Origin: the human T2T-CHM13v2.0 reference genome, Homo sapiens
Length of the DNA: 64,000 nucleotides
Strand: one strand, 5' to 3'
Assembly: GCF_009914755.1 (NCBI RefSeq)
Contig: NC_060927.1
This document shows positions 58,167-64,000 of the stretch, one piece after another. The notes beneath the pieces were generated by a model, which ran no database searches, was not told the DNA's origin, and worked only from the letters and a program-made list of their open reading frames with translations. Each line of letters begins with the position of its first letter. The stretch's first letter is position 1. Made by a program: the position numbers and the translations under genes.

Positions 58167-59774
58167 TATCCATATGTGAGGAAGAGTTGGGAAGAAAGGT
58201 GGAGAGGCTAAAGGAGAAACGCCATATTGGTATAGCAGAAGGAGACACTGGAGGGGGAAGCTGGGAAGAGGGATACATCCAAAGTGCGGCAGAGCATGAA
58301 TGAGGAAAGTGTGTGAGACAGGGAAGGTGAATCTTCACAAGTGATGTCACACACTATATATCCCCTTTACACTGTTTAAAAAGGATACAAGCAAAAATTG
58401 TGACCTGGTGACTGCTTTGGGATTCAACCACAGGGTCAACTTGAGTAGGGTTACAAAAATCTGTCATGAACACAGACGGAAAGATGGAGCAACTACGGTA
58501 CTTGGAAAGGGTAAGGGGAAGTTGCTCAGCCTTTTTAAAAATGGAGTTTCAGTTTCCATGGAAAGAAAATAAACTTTTTGGGTATTTAATTTTTTTACTG
58601 CCCGCACTCAGGCTGGAGGAGAAACTCAGGGCACTATCTTCCAGAACATGTGTATAAGTTCATGCTCCCTTTCGGAGAGTCTCCTTTTCCCTGTGCAGAC
58701 AGGGTCCCGTTGGTGGCAGGGTAAGGACTGCTTATAAACTGAGAGATAGCTCATTGCCTACCAAAGTTCCCTTTCCTCAGAAAATGGGAGCCCCACCACC
58801 ACCTTGGAACAGGATCCAACTGGCAGACGAGGTGGAGGTGCCGTTGTGCGTGTGCCCTGAGCACTTGCTCGTACTCTCCTTGATGGGTGGAAAGGCACAC
58901 AGCAGGAATGACGGGCAGCTGAGTCCTGTCTGCTTGTCTCACTCATCAGGAGCTGAGCTCTCCCAGGGAAGGCTAAAGCTGCTTGTGTTTACAAGACTTG
59001 CTCTTCCTTTCTGTCCCTCAGATGAGAGTGAAATCACAGAGAAAATAAGGTTTCAAATTTATCATGAAGCCCAAGGTGCCCGCAATTTGATTGGAGAGAA
59101 AATAGCACTTACTGAAGTCGGGAGCACTCTCTGATTGTAAGAATACATTAAGGCCCAAACTGTAGCTCAGGCTGGGGGAAAGAATTTATGTTTCTGGGGA
59201 AGAGCCTTCTTTAAAGTCATCAGTTTGCTTAGAAGTTTGATACGATTGTTCCACTGTGGATGTTTAGAGATTTTTTTCTGTGTGAACATACTGGTTTAAT
59301 ATACTGAAGGGCCAAAAGAAAAGAGGTTCTACTGGAAGATTATTTTGAACAAAATAGTAACAACTCCCTGGAGAAATAGCAAGTAAGGCTGAAAACCTCT
59401 CCAACTCAATGGCTCTCCTATTCTGTTTGATTGTTTGGGCGACCAGACACATATACCTAAGATAAGAGATCTCAAAAATCCCAGGAGAAAGGAATTCAAG
59501 AAATCAAGCCAAATCCCCTAAGCTGTGCTAGTTGTTTAGGAAAAAACACTCTCCAGGCTGGGAGAAAATGGTATATCACACGCTACAACTTTTATAGATA
59601 ATTAAATAGATATAAAAGTTCACTGTACTGAAGAATGAATCTTATAATAGTTTTTCACTTTTCCAGCTGGAAAAGAAATTATTTGACGACATATAGAATC
59701 TTTGATTAAAAGGTAGGTAAAAGACCACTCACGGTAAAATAAAATATGCATAAATAACCACAAAAACCTACTAA

Positions 59775-60152
<378 letters not shown>

Positions 60153-60316
60153 TAATATAAACCATTTCTCTCTTTAAGCCATTTTTGGATGAGAAAGAGG
60201 AAATATATAACTCTAGTTTAATGATTTTGGTATTCTTGCTTCTAAGCTACAAGATAACGAACAAAGAAATCAGATTTGAATTAGGACAATAATCAGTAAT
60301 CACAAAAAGGCCTTAA

Positions 60317-60672
<356 letters not shown>

Positions 60673-61477
60673 TGTATTGTCTTTTAAAGGATGTTAATAT
60701 TACTTGGTAAAATAAAGATAATATTTTAAATCCAAATTCACTTAATATTCTTAATCGAGGTAAACACTTGGACAAATTAAATCGCTTTGAGAATTTTGTC
60801 TTAAAATAATTTTAGGTCTTCACCATGATTTTAGAGCTGCATGGAATATAAATGCAAGCATTTCTTTTACTAAAAGGCCAATTAAATGGAACCTTCTAAT
60901 TTCCTTTCACTTGTCTTACAGGTTGGATAGGGGGTGTTTAACCAAATTAATGTAATAGAGTATAAATGTCAAATAATACTTCTAACTATGTGGCCTCCAA
61001 GGTTACTCCAACCCATAACCTGAGAGAAGTCTTAGCCTCCTTTGCTCAGAGCTGCCTGTTTTAATTCTGAGAACAGCTGGTTAGCATGCATAAGGAAATC
61101 CTCTTACTCCATCCTGGAAGCTGGTTCTTTCCCACCTTTTTACCTCTGCAGAACTCTTTGCCTGTGTAGAGAAACTATAGAACACCCACTCATCTGCCTT
61201 CCCTGTCCCCACCCCTCTGCCTTGCCCACCAGCATATACAGCAAGACCTGACTGGCTGGTTTTCACCCCCTAGTTATGTGTCCTTATCTAAAAATCTAAA
61301 TGTTTTAACCTTTTCTCCAGAGACCTTCCTGACTGACCACATTGTCATCCCGGTGCTTCTGCTCTTCGACCTCTCCACGCCCTTCTTGGATTGAGGCAAA
61401 GAACGCACCGTGCTCATGAGCCCAAGGCACACAGCTCAGTTTCACAGTCCTTGCCGCGCTGGGCGTCCTTCCCATGA

Positions 61478-62469
<992 letters not shown>

Positions 62470-63245
62470 TGAATTTAATGGTGTTCCCTGTCACATGGAA
62501 GCATTAATTTGCCTCAATTACTAGACTCTGAGACTCTCCTAACTAGACTGTGTTCGTTAAGGTTGAGTTTTTGGTTTTCCTGGCAAGTAGTGGTAGGTGC
62601 TCAATAAATGTTGAATAAACGAACAAATCAACCATCTAGCAAAGCATTTTTGCAAATTTTTGGTCACAGACACAACAGTTCAACTCTTCCCAAGTTCCAT
62701 GAGGCCAAGACACATACACTGACCGTCCAATCCTCATTTTGCTGCCCTATTGAAAACTGGGCTTCTGTGAAATAATGGGTTCGTTCTGTTTGTGCTTCTC
62801 AAGGTAGAAAGGTGCCAACACTCATCCAGGGAGAAGCCCCGGGAAGATTTCCCTGTACTGCATGAGTGAAAGAACCTGCCAAGCTCCCTTTTCTCGGCAG
62901 GTTCTGACGTGCTTTTACGAATCATTTAATAGGTGCCTGACCTTCAACTCAGGACAGGGTGCCTTCCGTAGTCCTTTTTCTCAAATTCATCCCCAAATAA
63001 AAAGATGCACTCCTGAGAAAGTGAAGCAATAAGTCCGCTTATTAGTCTGCCCCAAAACTTTACAACCACTGCTGGAAAGCTTATACTTCAAAAGCCAGCC
63101 CCTACCCCTGCAATTTCAGCACGTTCTGTCTTGCTCTGTCCTGAGCAGGATCACGAGAGGGCAACCCTTGAAAGGGTGCTCACATGCCTCAGCTCACCCG
63201 GACAAAGCTGGAAAAGCCCTTCCCTGTGCTGCTTCCCACCGTTCT

Positions 63246-63322
63246 TCACTCACCACCCAGTCTCAAAAGACTCACTCACCACCCAGTCTCAAGAGACTCA
63301 CTCACCACCCAGTCTCAAGAGA
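63246..63322. repeat. 26-bp tandem repeat, 3 copies
   Basis: tcactcaccacccagtctcaa[a/g]agac three times. Confidence 0.95.
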
Positions 63323-63497
63323 TTTCTTTCATTACAAACTGCCTGTCTGGAAGGTTTAAGATGATCAGTGGCTTCCAAGTCACTAAAGAAGAAGGAAAAC
63401 GAGGGCTTAACTGTTAATTCTGCTTCCAGCTCTCTCCGAGAGGCAGGCATACCTGCTGGCACAGACACTGGCCTCTGAGAGGTCACTGACCGCTCAC

Positions 63498-63647
63498 CTG
63501 CAGCTTGTCCCGCTGCCTTGTGTGGGACATGAGAAGGTCTTCCGTGGATAGCATGCTTCTGGGCAGCTCTGCTGTGGCCAGGCAGGACCCAAACGTCTGC
63601 AGCATCTGGGCAGTGGTCTTCAAGGTCAAGGCAAAGTTTTCGATGGC
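63498..63647 (-). CDS. MCF2L2: MCF2L2 coding exon (150 nt, phase 0-0): AIENFALTLKTTAQMLQTFGSCLATAELPRSMLSTEDLLMSHTRQRDKLQ
   Basis: Acceptor ctgaccttccAG|GCC and donor CAG|GTGAGC. Dbl/Dbs-family sequence, in frame with the next eight exons. Confidence 0.93.
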
Positions 63648-64000
63648 CTGGAAGGTCAGACAATTGTAACAATATGGAGAGATTAACATTCACCAACATG
63701 CTGTCTTGATGGAAAGACAACAGATTTAGTTGATAAAATTAGTGAATAATCACCTCACCTTGGAAATGGTATAGAGGACCTGATTCTGATAGGGAGATTA
63801 AAAAGAGGCTGGTTTTAGTCTCAATGCTGCCACTAGTTGACCAAATGACTTTGGATAAGTCACCTCTTTACACTGAACGTCAGTTTATTTATCTATAAAA
63901 TAAAGTGATTGAGTCACACGATCTTTAAGATTCCTTTGAGTTCTAACTTTCTGAGTCTCTCGTTCAAAGAGGTGACACCCAGAAAATGCACTGTCACACA

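Noticed and set aside
58754-59134. 126-aa + strand ORF and overlapping minus-strand ORFs
   Set aside because: No domain similarity. The MCF2L2 exons at 63498 and 56681 join in frame without needing an exon here.

Overview
This is primate genomic DNA, almost certainly human chr3q27.1. It is Alu/L1/L2/MIR-rich and contains two genes in a nested, antisense arrangement. (1) On the + strand is the single coding exon of B3GNT5 (Lc3 synthase, GT31 family; ATG 14691 to TAA 15827, 378 aa), with a ~300-nt leader holding nine upstream ATGs and a ~2.45-kb 3'UTR. (2) On the - strand are nine consecutive GT-AG coding exons of the Dbl-family RhoGEF MCF2L2 (63647 to 21764), which I spliced by hand into one 1259-nt open frame. 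They encode the spectrin-repeat region up to just before the DH domain, so B3GNT5 lies in the following MCF2L2 intron. The window also has a 3'-truncated 5S rRNA retropseudogene, about 30 Alu elements, several DNA-transposon/LTR/L1 fossils and local tandem and inverted duplications. The most interesting observation is a hidden MCF2L2 exon antisense inside the B3GNT5 3'UTR (17932-17956). It can read either as a frame-preserving 21-nt microexon or as a stop-containing terminal exon that removes the GEF catalytic domain, and its acceptor tract is also a B3GNT5 poly(A) signal. Other highlights are the uORF and alternative-acceptor architecture of the B3GNT5 leader, three miR-30 8mer sites, a ~130-bp non-Alu inverted duplication, and a hairpin whose arm was amplified into a perfect 40-bp array. 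No prokaryotic-type system (CRISPR, operon) is present. Almost all other ORF-track entries are repeat-derived or chance ORFs. Repeat subfamily calls and boundaries are by eye and approximate.
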